The notes under the pieces: generated by a model
Database searches by the model: none
What the model was told of the DNA's origin: nothing
What the model saw: only the letters and a program-made list of their open reading frames with translations
Origin: a virus
DNA: 64,000 nt
IMG/VR virus record: IMGVR_UViG_3300042691_015921
Reading direction: 5' to 3' (one strand)
Translations under genes and position numbers: made by a program
Shown here: piece by piece, positions 20,577 to 29,101 of the stretch
How the letters are laid out: every line of letters starts with the position of its first letter
How positions within the stretch are numbered: position 1 is the stretch's first letter

Positions 20577-21095
20577 ATGAAATATATAGAAGAAGTAGAC
20601 CGTGGAATGAAACTGCTAGCCTCTAGAAACACAATAATTATTGGTCAAGCAGTAAAATATAAAGGACACGCCATAACGAGACAAGCCGCGTTTTGGCCTG
20701 AAAATAAAAAAATTGAACTTCCTGTAGCCGAAGAAATGCAAACCGGAATGGCTTTGGGTATGTCTATTATTGGAGATACTGTAGTCTCTATTTACCCGCG
20801 AATAAACTTTCTAATTTGTGCGGCTAATCAACTACTTAATCATCTTGACAAATGGGAACTGATGGGATGTGGAGTTCCACATGTAATACTTAAAGCTGTT
20901 GTTGGTAGTGAACATCCACTTGACCCCGGTCATCAACATAAGGCTAATTGGGCAGATCAGATTAAAGCTATGTGTGATAAAATCCATGTCCATAATCTAT
21001 TGTATGCACATAAAGTATATCCAGCATATGAATACGCTCTCAATAATAACGGAGTCCATCTAATTATTGAGCATGGCGATTTATATAGTAATTAA
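20577..21095 (+). CDS. E1 beta/transketolase pyrimidine-binding domain only
   Basis: ELPVAEEMQTGMALG, PGHQH; C-terminal domain absent. Confidence 0.8.
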   Translation: MKYIEEVDRGMKLLASRNTIIIGQAVKYKGHAITRQAAFWPENKKIELPVAEEMQTGMALGMSIIGDTVVSIYPRINFLICAANQLLNHLDKWELMGCGVPHVILKAVVGSEHPLDPGHQHKANWADQIKAMCDKIHVHNLLYAHKVYPAYEYALNNNGVHLIIEHGDLYSN

Positions 21096-21113
21096 TTTAT
21101 ATAGGAAATATTC

Positions 21114-22250
21114 ATGAAAAGAATTGAATTTGGTGAATTGAGAATTGGAGATCTTGCAAGAAAAAATCTTCTAGAAGTATGTGACTCTAATTGGGCGAGT
21201 GGTGGTCCAAAAGTTGCTGAATTTGAAAAAAAATGGAGTAATTTATTTGGATACAAGAAAAGCGTAGCCATGAGTTCTGGAACGGACGGAGTTATTAACG
21301 CATGTCTTGCACTATATGATTTAAAAAATGCCAAACGCGGTATTAGTGAGGTCATTGTACCAGCACTGTCTTTTATCGCAACATCAAATGCTGTACGTGC
21401 CGCAGGTCTTATTCCAAGATTTGTGGACGTTAAGACAGAGACTCTCAATATTGATGAATCTAAAATAGAAGATGTAATTAATGAAAATACAGTTGCTATT
21501 ATGCCAGTGCATACAATGGGCAGAATGGCAGAAATGGGACCAATATGTAAGTTAGCCGACAAATATAATCTAATAGTTATAGAAGATGCATGTGAGGCAC
21601 ATGGTGCAATATACAACGACGGTATTGAATCAAGACACGTTGGATGTTGGGGACATATGTCTGTATATAGCTATTATATTGCACATTTAGTTTGTTGTGG
21701 AGAAGGTGGTATGGTATCCACAAATCATGATAATATTGCTGAGATACTATATTCTACACGATCCCATGGTCGCCCGGCACATTCTGTATACTTTGATCAT
21801 TTACGGACTGGATTAAACTCAAAGATGAATGATCTTGAAGCATCTATTGGTCTTGAGGCAATTGAAGTATTTCATGATACATTTTGGACTAGGCATGAAT
21901 TTATGAAAAGAATGCGTGAAGCCGCTAATGGATTTGAAAATGTTGCTTGGTTCTCAGAAGAAGATCATGGTAACTTAAACTGTCCGCATGGTTTTAGTAT
22001 AACATGCAAAGAACCCGGAAAAATAGATCAGGTTAAGTCTGTGTTGGATGCATATAATATCCATCATAAACGTAATTTTGGATGTATTCCCACACAACAT
22101 GGTGCATTTGCCGATATGGGATATAAACTTGGAGATTTTCCAAATTCAGAATGGATTGGCAATAATGGAGTACATATCGGGTGTCATCAATATCTATCTA
22201 ATGAAGACGTAGAAAGAATTTGTACAGCAATAAAGGAAGCACTGTCATGA
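21114..22250 (+). CDS. DegT/DnrJ-family PLP enzyme of ColD type (His in place of the Schiff-base Lys)
   Basis: SSGT, EDACEAHGA, SYYIAHLVCCGEGG. Confidence 0.85.
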   Translation: MKRIEFGELRIGDLARKNLLEVCDSNWASGGPKVAEFEKKWSNLFGYKKSVAMSSGTDGVINACLALYDLKNAKRGISEVIVPALSFIATSNAVRAAGLIPRFVDVKTETLNIDESKIEDVINENTVAIMPVHTMGRMAEMGPICKLADKYNLIVIEDACEAHGAIYNDGIESRHVGCWGHMSVYSYYIAHLVCCGEGGMVSTNHDNIAEILYSTRSHGRPAHSVYFDHLRTGLNSKMNDLEASIGLEAIEVFHDTFWTRHEFMKRMREAANGFENVAWFSEEDHGNLNCPHGFSITCKEPGKIDQVKSVLDAYNIHHKRNFGCIPTQHGAFADMGYKLGDFPNSEWIGNNGVHIGCHQYLSNEDVERICTAIKEALS

Positions 22251-22750
22251 TAGAAAAAATTCAACAATGCCTTGCCGCTATCAATCCAGATGATATACGA
22301 GATCTGAAAGATCTAGTAAAAGACTCATCGCAAGTTATACTTATAGGTAATGGCGGAAGCAACGCAATAGCTTCACATATTGCTGTGGACTATGTTAAAT
22401 TCTTAAATATTAAATCATTTTGTTTCTCTGATGCAAGTATGTTGACCGCATATATGAATGATTATTCTGTCGAGGATGCATACAAACAATTTATTGTAGA
22501 TATGCATGAGTCTGGAGGATTAGTAATTTTAATCTCATCTTCTGGAAATTCTAAGAATATTTATAATGCTGCGAGTTACTGTAAAGAAAATGATATCAAT
22601 TTTGTTATACTTACTGGATTCGACCAGAATAATCTGGTACGTAGTAATTTAAAAGATTATGCTGCCATTGACTATTGGGTAGATTCAAATAGCTATGGAG
22701 TGGTTGAGTGCGTACATCAAATATTTCTACATGCAATTATAGACAATTAG
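22247..22750 (+). CDS. gmhA: SIS-domain phosphoheptose isomerase (GmhA-like)
   Basis: GNGGS, ISSSGNSKNI, LTGF, VECVH. Confidence 0.8.
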   Translation: MIEKIQQCLAAINPDDIRDLKDLVKDSSQVILIGNGGSNAIASHIAVDYVKFLNIKSFCFSDASMLTAYMNDYSVEDAYKQFIVDMHESGGLVILISSSGNSKNIYNAASYCKENDINFVILTGFDQNNLVRSNLKDYAAIDYWVDSNSYGVVECVHQIFLHAIIDN

Positions 22751-22757
22751 GACTAAT

Positions 22758-23699
22758 ATGAATATTGTAATAACAGGTGCTGCTGGATATATTGGAACTA
22801 AATTAACTAAATATTTCTTAGATAGTGGGCATAAGGTTTTTGCTTTTGATAATTATTTCTATAGTCAAAAACAATTAGTATCTCATGTGTTCAATCATGA
22901 AAATTGTCTTCTATTCGAAGAAGATGTAACAAATTGGTCAGAAAATCTTAAAAATGCTATTGCTAATTCTGATATTCTAATCCCCCTGGCCGCATTGGTT
23001 GGGGCACCACTATGTAATAAATACCGTAGTAAAGCAACTAAGTTAAATCAGGAATGGTTTAATGAATTAATACCATATCTAAATGGGCAAAAGGTTATTT
23101 ATCCAAACACTAACTCTGGATATGGAAGCACGGGAAATGATATATGTACGGAAGAAACCCCATGCAATCCAATTTCTCTTTACGGTATAACGAAGGGAAT
23201 GGCAGAGCAAGTATTATTAACAAAATATGATAACTCTATATGTTTTAGGCTAGCCACCGTATACGGTAAAAGCTATAGACAGAGAATGGATTTACTTGTA
23301 AATAATCTAGTATATACTGCACTTAAAACAAAAAATCTGGAAGTTTTCGATGGACATTTTAGACGCAACTATATTCACATTGATGATATTGTTTCTGCAT
23401 TTGCACATGCTATTGATAATTTTGACACTATGAAAAATAATGTGTATAATTTAGGCAATGATTCTGTAAATATGACAAAGCTTGATCTCGTCAAGAGAAT
23501 AGCTTCACATACCGGTGTTAGTTATTCTATAGTCGATAATATAACAGATCCAGACAAACGAGATTATATTGTTAGTAGCCAAAAACTGTATAATACTGGT
23601 TTTACCCCTTTATATGATCTTGATTACGGGATTAAAGAGATGATAGAAGTTTGCAGTAATTTTAATGATGATATCATGTATATGTGCAGGAATTACTGA
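22758..23699 (+). CDS. NAD-dependent epimerase/dehydratase
   Basis: TGAAGYIG, YGITK, FRLATVYG. Confidence 0.9.
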   Translation: MNIVITGAAGYIGTKLTKYFLDSGHKVFAFDNYFYSQKQLVSHVFNHENCLLFEEDVTNWSENLKNAIANSDILIPLAALVGAPLCNKYRSKATKLNQEWFNELIPYLNGQKVIYPNTNSGYGSTGNDICTEETPCNPISLYGITKGMAEQVLLTKYDNSICFRLATVYGKSYRQRMDLLVNNLVYTALKTKNLEVFDGHFRRNYIHIDDIVSAFAHAIDNFDTMKNNVYNLGNDSVNMTKLDLVKRIASHTGVSYSIVDNITDPDKRDYIVSSQKLYNTGFTPLYDLDYGIKEMIEVCSNFNDDIMYMCRNY

Positions 23700-24673
23700 T
23701 GATTATTTCAAAAACTCCATTTAGAATATCATTATTTGGTGGCTCAACAGATTACGAGTCATTCTACTCTGAACATGGTTCATTGCTCATTGGTTTCGCA
23801 ATTGACAAACATTGCTATCTTACCGTTAGAGATAATCCAAACATCTTTGATTACTACTCAAAAATCACGTACTCAACAATAGAATCTGTAGAAAATAATA
23901 GAGATATAAAACATAATGGTGTTCGTGGAGTTCTTGAATATTTTAATCTCCTAGATAGAAGATTAGAAATTTCATGCTTTAATGATCTTCCAGCACAAAC
24001 AGGAATTGGGTCATCTTCTTCTTTTGTTGTTGGATTAATAAATGCTATGATGTATCATACTAGGAGTTATAGATTTTCACCAAATAGATTGGCAGAACTT
24101 GCCATAGATATTGAAAGAAAGCATCTGAAAGAAGCGGGAGGGATTCAAGATCAAATATGGGCTGCACATGGCGGTTTTAACTCAATCAATATAGACAAAA
24201 AAGGAAAATTCAAAGTCAAACCGCTTCCGATATCTGATGATTTTGTTAAAGAATTTATTGATAGATCATTCCTAATATATACTGGAAATAATAGACAATC
24301 TTTTAAAATCGCCTCTTCTCATGATACAGGAAGTCAAGACAGAAACAAAGAAAATATCCTTTTCCTTGCTCGTCATGGATATGACGCCTTCTGTAATGAA
24401 AATCTACACGGCATAGCTTCGTTACTTAGAGAATCATGGGAATCTAAAAAACAAATATCTAACTTAATTTGTACGAAAGAAATAGAAGAAATGATTAATG
24501 ATTTATATGGATATGGAATGATTGGCGGGAAATTGATCGGCAGTGGAGGTTCTGGATTTATATTTGGAATGGCTGACAACTTTATTGAAAAACAAACGAT
24601 AAAGAACATATTCTCTAAGAGATATATAGATTTTAATATTTCAAAAATAGGATCTACTATTATCCATGAGTAA
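23699..24673 (+). CDS. hddA: GHMP kinase, heptose-7-phosphate kinase HddA-like
   Basis: PFRISLFGGSTD, GIGSSS, GIQDQ, GGKLIGSGGSGF. Confidence 0.85.
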   Translation: MIISKTPFRISLFGGSTDYESFYSEHGSLLIGFAIDKHCYLTVRDNPNIFDYYSKITYSTIESVENNRDIKHNGVRGVLEYFNLLDRRLEISCFNDLPAQTGIGSSSSFVVGLINAMMYHTRSYRFSPNRLAELAIDIERKHLKEAGGIQDQIWAAHGGFNSINIDKKGKFKVKPLPISDDFVKEFIDRSFLIYTGNNRQSFKIASSHDTGSQDRNKENILFLARHGYDAFCNENLHGIASLLRESWESKKQISNLICTKEIEEMINDLYGYGMIGGKLIGSGGSGFIFGMADNFIEKQTIKNIFSKRYIDFNISKIGSTIIHE

Positions 24674-25112
24674 TTTTAAAATCGGTATAGTCTCTGGATA
24701 TTTTAATCCATTACATGCCGGTCATATAGAATATATTAATGCCGCAAAAAAACAATGTGACTATTTGATTTGCATTATTAATAATGACGATCAAGTAAAT
24801 CTAAAAGGGTCCGCTCTTTTTATGGACGAAGACCATCGTAAAATAATTGTTGAAAATCTTAAAGGAGTAGATTTTGCAGTTATTTCAATAGATGATGATC
24901 TTTCTGTATCACAAACACTTGAGAATATATCAAATCTGGAAGGTATAAACGAAAACTGTCGCCTGCTATTTTTTAATAGCGGCGACAGAAATCCTGAAAA
25001 TCAAAACTTAAAAGAAGTTAATATATGTAAAGATAAAAATATAGAAAGAGTATTTCTAGATTTACCTAAAATATATTCTTCTTCTACATTAAAACTCAAC
25101 CTTACCACGTAA
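24666..25112 (+). CDS. HxGH nucleotidyl/cytidylyltransferase (RfaE domain II/TagD-like)
   Basis: GYFNPLHAGH, GDR, SSS. Confidence 0.85.
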   Translation: MSNFKIGIVSGYFNPLHAGHIEYINAAKKQCDYLICIINNDDQVNLKGSALFMDEDHRKIIVENLKGVDFAVISIDDDLSVSQTLENISNLEGINENCRLLFFNSGDRNPENQNLKEVNICKDKNIERVFLDLPKIYSSSTLKLNLTT

Positions 25113-25385
25113 AATATCAAATAGCATAACCCAATCAGAAGCTTTTGCTAAGATTGGATTCTTAAATGCCGCAGGCTTATTCTTCTCAAAGTAATAATGT
25201 CCTGTCCATGCAAACGGATATACAACAAATGGTGCAAATGGAATTAGACACCACCACCATCCTCCATTGTATATAATTGCAGATACAAATGCAATAGTTA
25301 CTAACTGTCCCAGCACATGAAGTCTCCTGCATGTTTTATTTTGATGCAGACTTAGATAATGCTGATAGTATTCTTTAAAAGTCAT
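25089..25385 (-). CDS. DUF962/Mpo1-like membrane protein
   Basis: YLSLH...RRLH, AWTGHYYFEKNKPA. Confidence 0.85.
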   Translation of the reverse strand: MTFKEYYQHYLSLHQNKTCRRLHVLGQLVTIAFVSAIIYNGGWWWCLIPFAPFVVYPFAWTGHYYFEKNKPAAFKNPILAKASDWVMLFDILRGKVEF

Positions 25386-25748
25386 TTAAACCTCCACGTT
25401 TTCTATTCCTATATTCCTATCTACACAAACCGCAAAACTTGTAATCATACCGTTTGGTTTCTTGTCGTTAATTACCACTCTAGGCCCAACAGGAAGCCCC
25501 ATAATCAATTGATCATAGAATATACCATGCCTATCCAGATGCTGCTGCGTAATTGATCTACAGCCTTCCGGGCGAGCCGTTGTTAAAACTATATAGTAGT
25601 CTTTATCTCTCCACTCTGCTAATTTAGCAGTAACTCCTGGCAATAATGTTGGCTGAAAGGTTACAATATCATGTAAATCTCGCCAATGATACAGCAAGGT
25701 TCCATCTATATCGCAAAATATTGTTTTTCTATTTGTCCTATCATTCAT
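25386..25748 (-). CDS. HAD-superfamily phosphatase (capsule-biosynthesis type)
   Basis: CDIDGTL, TTAR, INDK. Confidence 0.85.
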   Translation of the reverse strand: MNDRTNRKTIFCDIDGTLLYHWRDLHDIVTFQPTLLPGVTAKLAEWRDKDYYIVLTTARPEGCRSITQQHLDRHGIFYDQLIMGLPVGPRVVINDKKPNGMITSFAVCVDRNIGIENVEV

Positions 25749-26419
25749 TATATTTCCTTTATATTTTTATCCTCAATCTGTTTAAAATCATAGAAATACT
25801 GTTCTTCGTTGCTTTCGCTAGTCCATCTACTTCCTGTATTCTCACAGCTAAATTCTCTACTAAATACTAGCCAGTCTGGTTTTTTGTCAAAAGATCTGCT
25901 AATAAATGATCCACCATCCATCCACAAAATACGATTATTTGGCTGTAAGAAGTATTGACCCCCATCTCCTTCAAAAAAATGTCCGCATTTATGCCCACCA
26001 GCCATTTCTCCATATCCAGAACTATACTGTGGTCCCAACGACCAGTCAATCGTAAACAGATATTTTGACTTATGCCTACTCTTATCTTTTATGATAATAT
26101 TGGCCGATCTATTTTTTAGATAATCAACTATATTTACGCTGGCATAATAACTTAGACTATCCCAGAGTTGTAAAAAATCTAAAGGATAGTTCGATCCACC
26201 TTCCTTATCTCTATGCAAATAATGTATTGGAACTCTTGCGTGTTGACTTCCATATTCAGTCATGACACTAAAAAGACCACATCTTTGAGGTATGCTTGTA
26301 AAGTTAAACACTTCTACAAGAATTCTATCTGCATTTAAATCTGGAGGATTATTATATAGAAAAGATGTATCTAGATATGAGGTGAAGTAAGGAATATTTA
26401 TGTTTAGAAAATTGCTCAT
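25748..26419 (-). CDS. conserved-looking phage hypothetical protein
   Basis: LQLWD, YLFTIDW, HKCGH, QPNNR blocks. Confidence 0.6.
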   Translation of the reverse strand: MSNFLNINIPYFTSYLDTSFLYNNPPDLNADRILVEVFNFTSIPQRCGLFSVMTEYGSQHARVPIHYLHRDKEGGSNYPLDFLQLWDSLSYYASVNIVDYLKNRSANIIIKDKSRHKSKYLFTIDWSLGPQYSSGYGEMAGGHKCGHFFEGDGGQYFLQPNNRILWMDGGSFISRSFDKKPDWLVFSREFSCENTGSRWTSESNEEQYFYDFKQIEDKNIKEI

Positions 26420-26420
26420 A

Positions 26421-26918
26421 TTATATGTAATCTAGCCATTCTTCTGGCATGTTTTCTACAACTAGAAGTAATTCTGCCTTTTTAGGCGTTATAAGCAGAT
26501 TCATGCCCGCTTCTTGTGGCGTTCTATTTCCTTTTGACAAGTTGCATTTTCTGCAACAACTGACTTGATTCTCCCATGTATTCGCCTGGGACTTTTGTTT
26601 AAATCTACTGACAGGGATTATATGATCTATAGTTAGTTCTTCTGTGTGCAGTTCTTTATTACAATATCCGCACCTACTTCTATCTCTGGTGCGTATTGCT
26701 CTTTTAGATGGGAATTTTTTGTATGAAATGCGAATATACTTAGAATATACCATCACAGCGGGGATTTTTACCTCCCCACTGGATGAGCATAATCTCTTTT
26801 TATAGTATGATAATACGCTAACATTGGTATTATTTAGGTCCAATACTATCGCTCGTCTTATATTGATAATAGATAGTGGCGTATAATCCGCATTTAATAT
26901 CAGTGTCTTCATCAACAT
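26421..26918 (-). CDS. HNH endonuclease (McrA-like)
   Basis: CGYC, TIDHIIP, N..CC..CN..K. Confidence 0.9.
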   Translation of the reverse strand: MLMKTLILNADYTPLSIINIRRAIVLDLNNTNVSVLSYYKKRLCSSSGEVKIPAVMVYSKYIRISYKKFPSKRAIRTRDRSRCGYCNKELHTEELTIDHIIPVSRFKQKSQANTWENQVSCCRKCNLSKGNRTPQEAGMNLLITPKKAELLLVVENMPEEWLDYI

Positions 26919-27086
26919 TCACCAACAGCAATTCCACTTCTTTGCATAAGTTCTGAAATCTTCTCAAGCTCAAGAGGAGTCAGCCCAATTTGATAGAATT
27001 TATCACATCTATACTGAGTAAATCTACCATTGATAATAAATCCGACAACTCTATTTGTATAGTCAATAACTGTTTTTTTATCTTTG

Positions 27087-27584
27087 CTAATCTTGTACAT
27101 TTAAAACCTCCTGATAAATCAAGTTATTTGGAGTAAAGGATATAGATATCTTATCCTTAATCAGTTCTAGAATTTGATTATATTCTTCTGAAAAGATGCT
27201 CATTTTAACTTTTGAAACATCTGTAAATTTAATTTCCTTAATTCCACATTGATATAATGCCTGTAAACAAGATATACATGGAGGACCGGTTATATATGCT
27301 GTCGCATCAAGTGTTTGCCGGCCCAGCCTAGCTGAGTTATAAATAGCGTTAGCCTCTGCATGTATCATAAATGGGTACTTTTTTGGCCTAGTTCTTGGCA
27401 GTATATCATCATCTATATCTCTGATAAATCCATTATATCCGGTAGAGATTAACGTTTTATCTTTTACCAGGGCACAGCCACACTGAGTCTCCATATCATG
27501 GCTCATTTCCCGCCAGGATATAGCTTCCTTAAAATAACGAATATCCCATTTAGTTAATATAGTATTGAGTTTTACAATATTCAT
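27087..27584 (-). CDS. dCMP deaminase
   Basis: STGYNG, HAEANA, PCISC. Confidence 0.9.
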   Translation of the reverse strand: MNIVKLNTILTKWDIRYFKEAISWREMSHDMETQCGCALVKDKTLISTGYNGFIRDIDDDILPRTRPKKYPFMIHAEANAIYNSARLGRQTLDATAYITGPPCISCLQALYQCGIKEIKFTDVSKVKMSIFSEEYNQILELIKDKISISFTPNNLIYQEVLNVQD

Positions 27585-27943
27585 TGTATTTCTTTCTTGC
27601 CTTTTTCTGTAAGTTCAAAGTAAAACTTTCCATCTTCCCCGACTTTATAATCCATTAAACCATTCTTAACCATTTCTTCTATTGAGTCAGATATTTCTTG
27701 TTCTACTTCTTCTTTTGTCTTAAAATAAATATTGTTTAACTCATAATCATCAATTATATATTCATACTTTCCTTTATTTTTTTTAGTTAAGTCTTTGACT
27801 ATAGCTTTCGCTAGCCCTTTCTTATTGAAAATACCAACAATAAATGGAAGTGCATTATCAAGTTCAGCCGGATCATGCTCTACTTCTGGACTTAATGTCT
27901 CATAGACTACATATAATTTCATAATCCCTCCTTGTTTACCCAA
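27581..27943 (-). CDS. hypothetical protein
   Basis: ORF in operon. Confidence 0.6.
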   Translation of the reverse strand: MGKQGGIMKLYVVYETLSPEVEHDPAELDNALPFIVGIFNKKGLAKAIVKDLTKKNKGKYEYIIDDYELNNIYFKTKEEVEQEISDSIEEMVKNGLMDYKVGEDGKFYFELTEKGKKEIQ

Positions 27944-28530
27944 AGTTCTTCTTCAAACCATTCTGAAAATACAGATTGATTTAATACCACCCCCGGCTTT
28001 CCGCCCATATAATGTATTGGTTGTATCATATTATTCTTGATAGCATAATCGAAGAAATCTTTCACTGTTACCGGGGTCATTATTCCCCATCTCAGCTTAT
28101 CTTTTATAGATTCGATCTTGGAAATGTGCTTATCTAAGTCATAATCTTTTGGAATCTTTAGATCCAGATTTATCTTTTCTGATGGATAGATGAATAAGAT
28201 AGCGGCTTTTTCCCTAATGTATGCTTTCAGATCGCCAACCTTAAGGGTCAATTTACCATACGTAGGAACCCATTTAATTTCTATTGGCATATCATTGATT
28301 GGGCAGGAATTATATTTAAGATCGACTATATAATCTGCACCAGATGTTTTGCCTTTTTCAACAAATTCACCCGTGTTGTCAACACCATTATTTCTTGGAT
28401 TTTTGACGCTGATTCTTTTACTATTACAATTTTCAATCCACTTAAAAAAGAAATAGTTTTCTAACATAGTAGAAAACTTTATTTGCTGTTTGAAAGTGTC
28501 TATACTCCTATTATCAAAACGGTTAGACAT
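27919..28530 (-). CDS. hypothetical protein, possible PD-(D/E)XK nuclease fold
   Basis: GADY...IEIK spacing resembles PD-(D/E)XK. Confidence 0.45.
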   Translation of the reverse strand: MSNRFDNRSIDTFKQQIKFSTMLENYFFFKWIENCNSKRISVKNPRNNGVDNTGEFVEKGKTSGADYIVDLKYNSCPINDMPIEIKWVPTYGKLTLKVGDLKAYIREKAAILFIYPSEKINLDLKIPKDYDLDKHISKIESIKDKLRWGIMTPVTVKDFFDYAIKNNMIQPIHYMGGKPGVVLNQSVFSEWFEEELWVNKEGL

Positions 28531-28557
28531 ATTTTTTTCCTAAAGTAAAAATTCAAA

Positions 28558-28826
28558 TTCGGGAACTAGGATTTGAACCTAGACAGAATGATCCACATAC
28601 TACTATAGTTTTCACTACCCTTTATGGTTTGTAGTCTAGACTTTACCTTCACCATGGATTAACTTTAGGTGTCTCCCGTCAAGTCGTTACACCTTCTAAT
28701 TTCTTAGCTTGGCTCGGGATTGGCATTTTACAGCGTTCCCCGAATTTGAGAGATTATACTATTAAAGTTTCCCTTAATGCACTCCAGTTCTTAAAGTCAT
28801 TCGTGCTACCGTTACACCACTCCCGA
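28558..28826 (-). tRNA. trnQ: tRNA-Gln(UUG), split by a group I intron (exons 28794-28826 and 28558-28595)
   Basis: spliced: TCGGGAG/TTCCCGA acceptor, AATGA-CTT|TGGA-TCATT anticodon arm, CTAGG-TTCAAAT-CCTAG T arm; no encoded CCA. Confidence 0.9.
28596..28793 (-). ncRNA. group I intron (IC3-like, 198 nt, no ORF) inserted after U34
   Basis: P1 ACTT/GAGT with U.G at the splice site; P CAAATTCGGGGAA, Q AATCCCGAGC, R GTAACGACTT, S AAGGTAAAGTC (P7 GACTT/AAGTC); terminal G. Confidence 0.9.
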
Positions 28827-28827
28827 A

Positions 28828-28902
28828 TACGAGAGGGGGGAGTCGAACCCCCAACATTCAGATCCTAAATCTGACGCCTCTGCCAAATTGGGCTACCCTC
28901 GC
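28828..28902 (-). tRNA. trnL: tRNA-Leu(UAG) with short variable loop
   Basis: TCAGA-TTTAGGA-TCTGA anticodon arm, GGTTCGACTCC, A73. Confidence 0.85.
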
Positions 28903-28913
28903 ATGATATATAG

Positions 28914-29016
28914 TAGTTAAACAAGTTCTTGTGGGTTCTGTGATTGTGGTAAAGCCACAATTCAGGCTTGCTCACACCTAGCCACAAGATACAGCAAGTC
29001 TCTACTCATTTAACTA
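28914..29016 (-). ncRNA. unclassified structured RNA between tRNA-Thr and tRNA-Leu
   Basis: 13-bp closing stem, TCTTGTGG/CCACAAGA, ATTGTGG/CCACAAT hairpin, potential CTTGCT/AGCAAG pseudoknot. Confidence 0.55.
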
Positions 29017-29019
29017 TAA

Positions 29020-29092
29020 AGCCGATGAAGGGAATCGAACCCCCGACAGGCGATTTACAAAACCGCTACTCTACCAACTGAGTTACATCGGC
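29020..29092 (-). tRNA. trnT: tRNA-Thr(UGU)
   Basis: GCCGATG/CATCGGC, GCGGT-TTTGTAA-ATCGC, GGTTCGATTCC. Confidence 0.92.
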
Positions 29093-29101
29093 AAATTCTA
29101 A

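Noticed and set aside
21092-21616. 174-aa minus-strand ORF
   Set aside because: Antisense to the well-supported DegT/ColD gene
28788-28800. Apparent UUA (ochre suppressor) anticodon in the unspliced tRNA
   Set aside because: The TAA belongs to the intron 5' end; splicing restores UUG
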